Shown here: positions 10,721 to 22,400 of the stretch, in pieces | Layout of the letters: the number at the start of each line of letters is the position of its first letter | Position numbering within the stretch: the first letter of the stretch is position 1 | Source: Raillietiella orientalis | Lineage: Eukaryota | Direction of reading: 5' to 3' | DNA length: 64,000 nucleotides | Assembly: GCA_036172245.1 (NCBI GenBank) | Contig: JAYWIR010000001.1 | Location: 10,292,001-10,356,000 of the forward strand | Translations under genes and position numbers: made by a program | Notes under the pieces: generated by a model | What the model saw: only the letters and a program-made list of their open reading frames with translations | Told to the model about the DNA's origin: nothing | Databases searched by the model: none

Positions 10721-12978
10721 GTAATTTCCTGTAAGCAATGGTTTTCCACTGTTTACAGGAGGGCAAAGAAAGAGTTGCTGCGCCGCACCGGGAGCCTCAG
10801 TGAAAGACCTCCCATTGAGTTGGGTTGTATAGAGTCCGATCCAATAGATCAAAGCAGTCTAAAAGATATGCATGGGTTGTGAAATACTCAGAGACAGCCC
10901 TCGGGAATCCAATAATTTTGAACGCTGCTTTGATCATCCCCGTATACACATGGAAGTTCGTAAGTACACGTTTTCGCTCTTGCAATTTCTGGCATTACAA
11001 GAAAACTGTATCCGCATATTTCTGATTTTTGATCCATCCTGAGGAAGCGGATTCGGTCGATCGGCCTTCCTTTGATCGAACAAAACGACAAGGCCCTGGG
11101 ACCTCTGGAGGCTCCTTGCTAATTGCAAGTGCGCGTAGCGGTTTCTCCAGTGAAGCAGGATAAAGGCGTAAATCGATAAGGGCCGAAATGAAAGAACCAT
11201 GTAATGCCCTCTCTAGTGCATTTTTTTCCCCTCGATACAGAGATGCAAACGGAAAGCATCCTGGAAACGGCTTGAAAGATCGAGCCTTACAGCTGAGCCA
11301 CGAAGGCTGAGGGCTTGCGAATGCCGCGTGGCAGCTCCCAATTCCCACCGTCTCCGGTCACGCCGGGGCGTTTGTTTTATAAAAGTGGTCTGCTTCAAGT
11401 CGAGCCCTGTGGTTCGAGGGCGTATTTCTGACAGCAGTTCTCTCTTGAAAGAGATTCCGTCTTCGTGAGATTGAATATCTCTGATCATCTCAGAGCACGA
11501 GCGTGCGGAAGTCCCTCAAGTTAGCAACTACTTACTCTCAAGGGCTCGCCGGAGTTGTCGAAGAACGGTGCTTTTCGATGATTCCGTTTCACACGCTGCT
11601 CAGGACACCTAATCGAACGTCCCGAGAGAACAAATCACTGGGCTTTCCGTGAGATTTCTCCGAGAAGACTTTCGCATGATCAGCTGGCGCGACTTTTCGT
11701 CCTGAGTGCATCTTGTTGGAAGCGATAAATTTGGGTGCGGCCCAAGTTCCGGTTTCGTCGGTCACGATAGGTGTTGCTTTCCTCGTGCGTACGTTTATCT
11801 CAAGCTGCATCCTTGGAGTTTCCTCGACTGAGAATAATTGCCGAATGATTGATTTCACGACAGGCACTTCAAGGGAAAATGCAGAGGGCCCCCGTACAAT
11901 GCGGAGGATGCGTTCCACGTCCGTGTTATACGAGCCCTCTGGGTTGGGCATCAATAATACGACAATACAATACTTGCGATTTCAATATAAAACAAGAAGA
12001 AAAGCATTGAAAGTGCTCACTATTTCACCTAAAGTAGAAAGAAGGGTTTGGTGGAATCCACTTCAACTCTGCCGTTCTTCTTGCCGAAAAATCTATCTTC
12101 TTGCGCAGTTTCATTCACCAAAGATGAGGATGAATTCAACCTACTCGAACCCTCTGGAACCTGCACCCTATCCAAAAATTGGTAGTCATCCTCCGCATCA
12201 TCGTACGGCACGGATTCACCGCGTTATACGAAGGCTCGGCTCGCCGCTTTTTGGGGTGGCATTGCACTGGGGTATGCGTGTTCATATGATCCCCTGTATG
12301 CGAGCGCTCCGTGGTGTGCGTGTGCACAACTCGCTTGGCCTTTTATTTTATTTTTTTTCAAGACAAAAGGAAAAGCAACATGCTTACGTCATGGGCCTGC
12401 ATTTTTTTTTTCTTTTTTTTTCCCAAATAACAGCTGAGCCAACGCCGTGCCAGGAAATGAAGCGTCATCGCGTTGTAGGAAGGCGCTCGCAATTTTTCCT
12501 TCGCGTTAGACGATTCCGCGCTGTATCGGGTCCTCTGTGCCTGTCGAGCTCTCCTGGCTACAGAGCTAGTTTGACGCGAAGAAATCGCGTTGCACGGCGA
12601 AGGAAAGGGGAGCACTCGAGCTAGGGATACAAGTTCGGGAGGGCATTTTGTTTTTTCCCCTGTACACGTACCCCGTCCTCGAATTGGCACCACCGTCTTC
12701 CCTCTAATTTCGTCACGAAAATCGATGACCATTGCAAGCACTTGCAGGGCTGGAATTTTTTCTTTTATTGTCCTTCCCGTGCCTGCTCGTTTGCATTTCG
12801 CTCGTCATAAAAGGAGGAAGGGATTGCGCGTGCACGTAATGGCGGGACTTGCGAGCGGCGGGGTTAGCTGCGCCCGCGGTCCGAGACCCCGATCTGGGGG
12901 CGAGGCGGGAATGGGGTTGGAAGCCTCCTGCTCCCCATTCTGCAGTTCTGCGCATTCACCATGTTTCATGTGTTGCAG

Positions 12979-13137
12979 TTGGAACGCGGGAATCCGAACA
13001 CAGGAAGCATCCAGTGTTAATTTTCATTCACGGTGAATCTTACGAGTGGAATTCTGGGAATCCATACGATGCCTCCGTGCTCTCCAGCTTTTCTTCTGTG
13101 GTTGTCATCACGATTAATTATCGTCTCGGAGCATTTG
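12979..13137 (+). CDS. Nlg: Neuroligin coding exon 2
   Basis: TGTTGCAG acceptor; encodes (V)GTRESEHRKHPVLIFIHGESYEWNSGNPYDASVLSSFSSVVVITINYRLGAF; donor G|GTAAAA; phase 1-1. Confidence 0.95.
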
Positions 13138-16100
13138 GTAAAAACACACACACGCAAATACACACGCAAAAAAAAAAATCAAAAACAAAAAAAAGGAAGC
13201 GTGGTTCTTCGAATGAATTCCTGTTATTTATTCCCTCCGAAAATGCCGATGCATCTCAAGAAAACGCGATTTTCAAGCCCTCCCCTTATCTTGATTTCTT
13301 GAAATCCCGGGAACATAAAGTAAATCTATGTCGATTGAATTGATCTTCATGTATGTACCTACTGATGGGCTTGACAGTGAGGCAATGATTTATGAACTCT
13401 CCCTCTCGGCCTTTGTATGCTACAGCGAACGAAGAACGGCGAACCGTGGTCTGCTTCGGTTGATGCCTGACTCGAGTAGGCTTCCGACTTGGGAGAAGTT
13501 CGGACGTTCCCCCGACCCTAGCAACTGCGTCGCGCTGCACACATCCGTCATCGAGATTAAGAAACTCCCAGACAAGTGTCCGTGTGTTCTCGGACATTAG
13601 AAAGTCACCAGCCACGCATATGCTGCTGCGAATGTCCCCTCTATCTGCACCGCATCCGAGTCCCTCGATTGCAGAATTCAGATGAAAGACAAGATCTGGA
13701 ACGTGGATGGGAGTGCAGATTTTTTTTTGGTAGGGAGCTCGAAAAACCCTTTACCCTACTGGGTAGCATCACAAAGTTCCTTCCGGTGCAAGGAAGACTC
13801 GCTTTTCGTCCTTGCCTGCGTTCCCGAAATCCTTGAGAAATTTTCGATTTTGGCAACCCTGAAAAGATTCGAGACATTTCTGCGTTTCCTTGAACAAGGG
13901 AATGCCGGGTCAAATTCGACACTCTGAGGAGCGCGCTCGGAACCACGTGGCCGCAGGCGGAACGTGTGCGCGATTACGTGCGAAGATCAACTTCGGTGCC
14001 TTGCCGCGTCCCAGAATCGAAATGGTACTTGTCTTCAGGGCAGTACAGATCTCCAAAGTATCTTTCATGATTGCAAGCATCTCCTAAATCTGCACTGACA
14101 TCGTGACTCGTACTCGTAGAGTCAGCATATTTCCTTGCGCTGATTTATCCCCTTCTGGTACACTTCAGAGGTCACCAACTTTTCGAAGCTTCTGTGGAGA
14201 TGCTTCAGGGCTTCTTTGTACCCATTTTTTCGAATGCCTCAGGCAGAATTTCGGAATAGTCATTAATGAGGAAAACAAAACAACTTATAGAAGTGATTGC
14301 TGCTGCTGACTTTTCTAACATGTTGGTTTCGACTTTGTCCAGTTTTTCCTTGCTACGATCACTTGTGTGCCTCTGAGTACCTCTTTTTGAAGTCTCACGC
14401 TCTTCTCGCCTCTCAGAATGTGAGCTGAAGATCACACGAGGAACAAACGTTTCTGTTGCTGGTCACTTGATCTGTCAGAGTTGACTCCTTTCCAAATGGA
14501 GCAGAATTCCTGGACACAAATCGAACACTTCCTCGTCGCGCTCATGCAGGCACACTCGAAACTTCTCGAACGATCTGGTATCGAAAAAAAGCGACTCCCA
14601 AATTGCCTTCGTTTCGTCCTCGTCCTTTTCTTTCCGATTTGGCTGCGCTTCCTGAAACGGAAGTGCTCTTTCTCGAAGTATCCCCCCATGCAGAAGTCCT
14701 CCGGGATAGAGATGCATGTGTTGCTTTATAGCTTTCACACTTTCGCATCACGGCAGGGATGCCAGATGCAAAACACCCATCCCGAAAAGTGTTTCCGCGA
14801 ATTTCGTTTGAAAGTTTCGTTTTCAACGTGCAAGGAACGGGAACTGGCGAGGGGAAACGTTTTGAAGAACTTGCACAGATGCACCTCAAGCATTCCTTAC
14901 CCGGAAGCTACCGCGCCTGCTGCCAGTCTCGCAGTCACGGAAACTTCGAGATTGGAGAAGCGCTCCTTAGGTTGCACGCCCTGAACCCGGCTTAAGGACA
15001 ATCCTTGATAAGTTTTCCTTCCTTCCTATTTATCACATCCCGTTTGCTGCTGGAGGGTTCGCATCAGTTTATTTCGGTCAGCCACTTACACAGTTCGGGT
15101 TGTTCCTGCGGAGTGTTTCTCTCGGGCACCCCGGAGTTTCGGCTGAGCCTTCTTCACTTGCTCGTTTGCTATCCCGGGATTTCGACATCTATTTCTGCAG
15201 TTCTCAGGGATGGAAGACAACTGCTGATCCTCCCTTCATTCTCGTTCCAAAAGAAAAGCGCACGTGTAAGTGCCATCCTCCTTCATGGTTTCAGGTTCGT
15301 TAGCGATGCCGCCACAGGGCTGCTGGAATGCGGCATTTGGGACAGTGGGAGATTGTCGCAACGAAACTCTGGGTCAGAGGTTGTTTAGGCAGGAACAAGT
15401 CTTGAGACGGTTTGTTGTCACCGGTTGTTGTTTGGTTCAACTGATATATTTGGGTAATCTATATGAAATTGCTTGCGATCTGAAGTTCTGCGAGAGTGGA
15501 CTCTGAAATCCAATCTCAAAGTAAAGACGTCTAATCCAGGTTACTTCGTCGCAGATTCAACGGACAACGGGCAGCACGTTTACGCTTCACGAACTGCAAA
15601 ACGACGGGTGTAACAAAATTCTAAACCACCTAGAGGTCGATAGGCTTCCTCCCTTCATTCATGTGGAACCAAGGGAAACGGAAAATCTCTCCACGAGAGT
15701 TTGTTCTTCAGTGCTAGGTCCATAATCGAGTCAGGGAGTCCAGCTCCCATTGCACGAAAATGAGTCGCGTCTCAAGAAAGTCGTAAGGATCGCATTCTCA
15801 GGGTACCTGCAGATACCCTGCGGCAACGATAGGAAACGGAAGGAGCTAAGGCTCGATAATGCACTTCCATCGGCCAGGAAATTCTCCCTTTAGGAGTCTC
15901 GGAATGCCGCCTGTAGCTGGCCAGCATGTCATCTCGCATGCTGCGTTGTGATGAAAAACTTGCAATTTAGCAGGAGCTCGTTTTTCTGGGTGCCCGAAGG
16001 GAAGCTTAGTTCATCGTGGATAGGCGTTTTCTTTTCGCGTCATAGATATGCAGAATTCATTCGAGATACTAGTGACAGGATGCTGAAAACAAGGATCGTG

Positions 16101-19049
16101 GACCGCGTGGCAACTCACAGTCTTGCAGAAGTTCGAAAATTCAGAACCAACATTGGAGCTGGTATGAAGCTTCCACCATACGTTGAACACTACGTCTTAT
16201 AGGAAGGTGATCTTGCGATGCTTTGGTTCGGTTCCCAACAGAGATCTCAGGATCTGTGTTGCATCTGAGGATGAATGATTCAAGTTGATTTCGAAAAAGC
16301 ACCCGAGAAGGGTGCAGGAATTCGGAACTTTAGGTGGAAACTTTGGATGCCATAACACGTTCTTTAGCAGAGGCATTCCTTCTAATTTGCTGCATAAGGT
16401 CACCCAAGAATGGAGCACAATCGTGACCCAATGAGAGCAGCGTGCCATGATGTCTTCCGGAGAGACGAAAAATTCCACAGAGTGGCGTCCCCCAAATGAG
16501 AACAGCGGAAAAATCAGTCAGAAATAATTGAAAGGGTCTGGAATTGCCATATTGGAAGAATTTAATGAGCAGCTCTCGAGCTGTGGAATTCGTGCAATGA
16601 GTCGATTTGGCGAAATTTTATCACTGTAGAATTCATCTCGAAACGGAAGAAGGAACCGAGAATGTAGGCAGCTGATTTCCTCTTCTGATCTGGGTAGGTT
16701 TCCTCCTGGAAGTTTCAGCAAATCAGGGCACACCGAATTCAGGAATTCCGTTCCGCTGCGCCTGACATTCAGTAAGAGTCGTTTGATGGATGAGCGCACA
16801 AAATTTTTTAGCTGGAATTCACAGGGCCATGCTGAGGACCGATACGCGGATAGGTCCATCCGTTAACCCATCAACCGGACGGAGCGAATCAATAATTGAC
16901 TCGATTCAAGCAGCCAGGGATTTGTGGATGAACGCAGACAGGACTGGACAGATTTTTTTACACGCACTAATTCTGGAAGCTTTCAAAAACTCCTGAAAGT
17001 TCCCTGGCTGTTGAGAAAATCAATTTGCGGCTCCGCTCGCCCAAAATCAACAGCGTCATCCCAAGATAAGCAAAGGAAGGTGACTGCGAAGGTCGCCTAA
17101 CGAAGCACTCAGAGAAGATGTTCCTATGGGCGCGTGGTTTCGCGCGTGCGTTCTTCTGTCCCCTGTCCTGCGCGTCTCAGCAACGAAGTCACTCTGCAAA
17201 ACACGAGAAAAGAAAAGAGAAATCCGCTCTCTATTCGGAGCACTTCCTCGTTCCCTTGCATAAAAGGACGCCGTGACATATGATGTAATGTGCACCCGGA
17301 AGAGCAGGAAGGCAGGAACGGTTCCCTCGACGTCTTTCCGTAGGTTCGACCTGAAGCGCACCTTTACACCGGATGAGAATCCACGCACAGCTGATGATGG
17401 GGAGAAGACGGCATTGGCCGAAAAATGTGGCGCTCCAGAAGGAAGGAGTAACTGTCCATCTATCTCCCGTTACCAGAACGGGTTTATTAGCTTCCACATG
17501 TGTTCAGCAAACTCTTGCTAGATACAAGAATGTATTCCGGGAACCTCACGAGCTTACTACACGAATCTTCTCGCATGGGTTCTGATAATAGCAGAATTGC
17601 CTGCGTATCCATGACGGCGTACACTTTTTTCTACTGCCTCTCATGGAATTCAGATTCGCATTCAGATTTCCTAGTTAGCTTGGAGGCTTCTTCATTTTGG
17701 ACTCCTGATTAGAAAATCAGACGCATGCCAATGCATCTCAATAGACATGCTGCTGAGCATTTGAGGATTTCGTCCCTGCGTTTTCGTGGCTACCAATTGT
17801 TTTCCATCAGAAAAAGAAACACCAGAATTAGATAGACGGAATTTTCAGTGTGAAAATAGACAGCCTTGAGAGGAACAAAGAAATCCCATCTGAAAACAAC
17901 TGTTTTCTATCCATTTATGTCGTTTCCTGTGCACTGCGTTTTATTGGTTTCTCCATTCTGTTTCACAAAATTCATTCTTCATAACTGTATAAAGGAAGAA
18001 CCAGATAGTCACAAACCATACGCTGCATTAAAAGAAAGGGAGCAAAATTCATGGATACTCCTTGAGAAACTGCAGCATCTCTGCAGCAGAGCCGAGATAT
18101 CCGTGAATCCCTCTCAAAGCTTCACTATTTCGCGTTCTCGGATTCAAAATACGGCAAGTGCCGTAGCTCCAAGATGTCATCTCCGCAGTCTCCTCTCGTC
18201 GTTGTGTCTCTTTTGTTAAGCCGACTGCCCAACGACGAAAGCAGGCAACAAGCAGTCTTTTTCAAGTCTATCTTCACATCGCAGTGGTCATCTAGAAGGT
18301 GCCATCAGTTGTTCGGTGGACAGTTTCACTGTCTAAGAATAGTATCTCGGTTTCCTGTTGATTCAGCAGCTACAGTAAAGTAGGTGTTTTGGTAAGAATG
18401 AAAATGACCATTTTGTCAGTACTTTCATGGTTTACTCTAGGGTGCTTATTAAAAAAAAATGCAGCGAAAAATACAAAATTAAAAGACATTTTAGATCATT
18501 TCTGCAGGTGAGCCGTTTTCACATATTTTTCTCACATAATGGATGTGAAATGAAATAAGGCGATGAGGACTGGGTGTTCGTGGTCAGAATGGCACCCTTT
18601 CCCTTCCTCACGAACTTTCCCTCATACTGAACTTTTTGTAATACGTGTACGTATAGAGATAAATCACTAAGCTACGCGATGTGCGGAAAGCAAGTGTTTC
18701 GACGACCACAACGTTTGTTGGAGTTTATTCTAATCAATGTTTGCAACAGCAAAGAAACCTATTATGAACAGAGGAAGGCTTGGCTTATGAGATGCTGTTC
18801 TCCTGAAGCCATGTATGTTCTCAGCATGCAAACTTGACAAAAGCACACAACGTTTCTCTTTTAAGCACTCAAACTGCATTTATTTGTTTATTTTTCCATT
18901 TCTTGCGGCTGCAAAAGAGCACAGTTCAGTGATAAAAATATCGAGTCCTCGGTGAGCCACAAAGAGATCTCCCACACGCACTTCATCTTTCTCGGTGACT
19001 TGTCGACGCACCGGAAGAAAAGCCTGCATTCCTGGTTGGCAAGCGCCGT

Positions 19050-19430
19050 CCCAAGTCCGTCGACGTCGTTTCTCTCGTGGACTCCGTCACCCTTTGAACT
19101 TCCTTCCGCGAACGGCGTTCTTCATTTTTGAAGCCGAATGGGTCTTCATTGCTGAGGTTGCCTGCAAGCTGGCGTGCGGTGCTGCACTCTCCGGACAACA
19201 CGTTGCACGTGGTCACGTGTTGAGGCCGTCGCGTGGTTCGTGGTGTCTCCGACCCTTCCTGGCAGTTTGCTGTCATATTGGTCCAGGGTTCAAGCTCTCT
19301 TCGTTGCCCAGCGGAGATGGATGGGCACTCTCTAAGGATGGCGGGCTTCTTTAGATGACGCATCATCGAAATCGCCTATTGCATCCAGTAAGTTTGAAGG
19401 AGCTCTTTTAAAAGGGCGGAAGCCACCTTT
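19050..19430 (+). mobile_element. Decayed DIRS/Ngaro-like RT-RNase H fragment
   Basis: GC-rich. LNFLP/NGV..F, then CGAALSGQ...GSW...CHI, then QALFVAQRRWMGTL*GWR match the tyrosine-recombinase retrotransposon pattern FL..WNG..F, G.GA..G.W, HI..LEL.AV..A...W...L.G..V. Confidence 0.5.
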
Positions 19431-22400
19431 GACTCGGCCTGCTTTCGATGGATGTTGGCCCGAGGGAAAGAAAAGGAAACTGAGAGCAAGAACTCAATGA
19501 AGTATTTGGGACCTCTATGTTAAGGTTTTCCTAAAAAATTATCCAAAGCACTGTTACAGAGAGGATGCTTTCATGATTGGAGACATGGACGCCGTTCCAT
19601 GTAACAATCCGAGCACAACATCCAGGAAATGTCATCTGAAAGGTGTCACAGCTAGGAACACACACTCATAAACAACGCGGCCTATTCTGGACGCTTGTGA
19701 TGGTCCAAGTTCATAAACCACTGGAGCATCGGAACTGCATCCTGCGAAGCAGTTCTGTTCCTGGACCAGAGACGAAATCCCCTCAGAACACTTTGAGGGA
19801 ATTTCGCACGAATCAGTGATTCCCACTCAGGCACCTAGCTTTGAAACACGAACAAAAACACACAGCATCCGGAAACATAATTTTCCGTCAATTTACTGAA
19901 GTAGGGATCGAGTGTTGCCTTGGAGACTACTAGAACCCGCTTCACCTCAGACCATGGTTGAGATGTTGGTCACGTGTTCAAGCAGTGTTCTATGCGAATT
20001 GCGCCAGCACGATTCCGCGCTGCTTAATGCTTGAAAAATTTGAGTGTTTTCTATTCCCATTCAGAGAATTTTTGAGATGCTATGTAGCTTGGAGACGGGA
20101 TGCTTAGGTGCAAAACTGATGTCGTGAGCTGTGCACGGAGCCCACGGAGTCTTGTGAATGCAAAGCTTTCTTAGCACAGTTTGTCGCCAAATCTTTACTT
20201 CAACCCGCGATTACGTGCATTCGGATCGATGCTTTTGCAAAGAGAAAATGGCGTGCTTTTGAGCGCCAACCCATTGAAAACTTCGAAAAGGTTTTTTTCG
20301 CGAGTCCGAAACCTATGAGTCATCGGCCACAGTTTGCACAATCCTTCGGCATCTGCTGTGACCTATCCTTTCACTCCTCAGTTAGTTCGATTTTTGGTTC
20401 CTAAACTTTATTAGCCGATCCGCGCTCCTGATTTCCAAGTTTCTGCATGTTTGCATCCACGTAGAAGATCACTAATGCCTGTGAATAAGTAAGCGTTTTG
20501 GCAAAGTATGGGAACCCCGTAATCACCAGAAGAGAGTGCTTTCCGCAGTAAAGCAAGCATGGCTAGCTAGGCAACGCTTTTAACTAATGAAGAGTGCTAC
20601 GTCACTTTTGCAATTTTTGCGCTTTGCTGGAACAGCATATCCCGATTAGTGAAGAGTTTTCCGGGCCATTACCAATGCTTTAGCTGGCCTGCAGTCCGTG
20701 TGAAGAATATGACAATTACGCATTGCAGCAATGGTGACTAAGCAAAGCGAAGTACCTACGGCGTACAGAAAGCTCGCGATCCCTATGAGGAAATTATGAC
20801 ATTTGCGAAGAGACGCTCCATTCGATTCTGCGGCACGGCTTAGAAAACGGTTCCTGTTTCCTATGAATCAGTTCAATCTCTTTTCCCAAACTCATTCCAT
20901 AGCTTACATGCCCTTTTCGTGGACGTCCCCCTACGACAGCGGACCTGAAATCCACAGAACCGATGCAGTCGCTTCGGTGGCATTTGCAAAAACAGTCATC
21001 AAAAGCAAGCTTTGATGAATTAATTACCCTGGTTTGGTATGGCCTTTCGGTCATCTATCGTTCCGGGATGCTTCACTATTTGTTTGGAGAAATTCTGAGA
21101 TTAGACTTTCCCTTTCATCATTCCAATTATGAAAAACATGCTCCATACTCCAGTAAAAGAGAGAGAGGCATTTGTTGTTTCAAGTGCGTTCCGTGAACAT
21201 TTGATGCCATCAACCCACGAAGACGGTTCCAAACTTTGGTCTGCTCACTCCCGATCGTTTCCTCTGGTGATCAAGAATGTTCGCTGGATCCTTACCAAGT
21301 GCTCAAATGGCAAAGAGGCACAACCATTCGTGTTTCGAATGCCTCTCTAATTTCCCATTCTGCTCGCCACAGGAGCGAATGGAAACTCACGGAGGCCGCA
21401 TCCTTAGCTGATTTCGTGCTTTGAACAAGCACAGGAAACTTGGATTGTCTTCTCATTACGGACAGTTCGTTCAATGAGTGATGCCAACATTACATGGCAG
21501 ATGTTTTCCTACTAATTGGATTTTTTTGAAAAAGATTTCCCAGTTCCGGGGTATTCAATTATTAATTCATTATCCCCTTAGATCCAGATCAATGACATTA
21601 TTTCCAAGGGGGACGCAAGCAAGGAGCCGAGAAGCCTTCCACTTTGTCACACACATACGGTTGAATTTCCACGAATCCATAAGTAATGGTCAATTTGTAA
21701 ATGCAGATGATTCGATAAGCTGATTCAAAAAGCACAGGAAATTTCAGAAAAAGGAATTTATTTGAGAGATTTTATTGTTTGCTGCATAATCCTAGGATGA
21801 AAAGATTCAAGTTCTGTAACCTCATCGTTCTCCGACTCTTGGAAAATGCTTAGAGCGCATCGACGGATCACCATCCACTGATGTGTCGATGAAAATTGGT
21901 TCCAAGGGAATAAATTCAAAGTCCAAGCTAGATTTCCACATTCATTAGACCTCATTCACAGACAGAAGCCAAATAAACATTGATTTTCGCAATCTATAAA
22001 AACCCAAGAAGGGAATTAAAGATGTTAACCTCTGAAAGTCTTCTGTCGTATTTACTCCCGTTCCTATCACGGAAGAAGAAAGAGATAACCTCTTTGAAGC
22101 AGGCAGATGAACACACTGATACTTTCAGGAAACCCGTAGTTCCCTCCAGACTGGAAATGAGGCCTGCGAGTGCAAAACAAACCGTCCAGAGCAACGGCAA
22201 ACACTATTAAGGAAATGTGTTTTAAATTGGGCATTAAGCCAATGTCATCAAATGAGTGTTTAGATTGCTCGTGACCAATAGCGTCTGTGTTGCGGGTGGG
22301 AATCGAATCCATGTATGTGAGAAAGAATGACCAGAGCTCTCAAAGGGAAACAGCAGGAATAAGAAAATACAAATTTCTTTCCCTCGGGAGGGCGCACGTT

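Noticed and set aside
11589-12624. 303-aa plus ORF, and minus-strand RIVRGPSAF resembling Helitron VRGPTSF
   Set aside because: The plus ORF runs through T-tracts with no domain; the Helitron-like match is a single short motif without its flanking conserved residues.
14205-14740. Minus-strand protein-like frames (possible transposase relic)
   Set aside because: Two different frames look equally plausible and neither has a diagnostic motif.
15948-16540. IQVDFEKA (LINE RT-like, + strand) and FLTDFSAVL (MULE-like, - strand)
   Set aside because: Two conflicting single-motif readings with no supporting neighbouring motifs.
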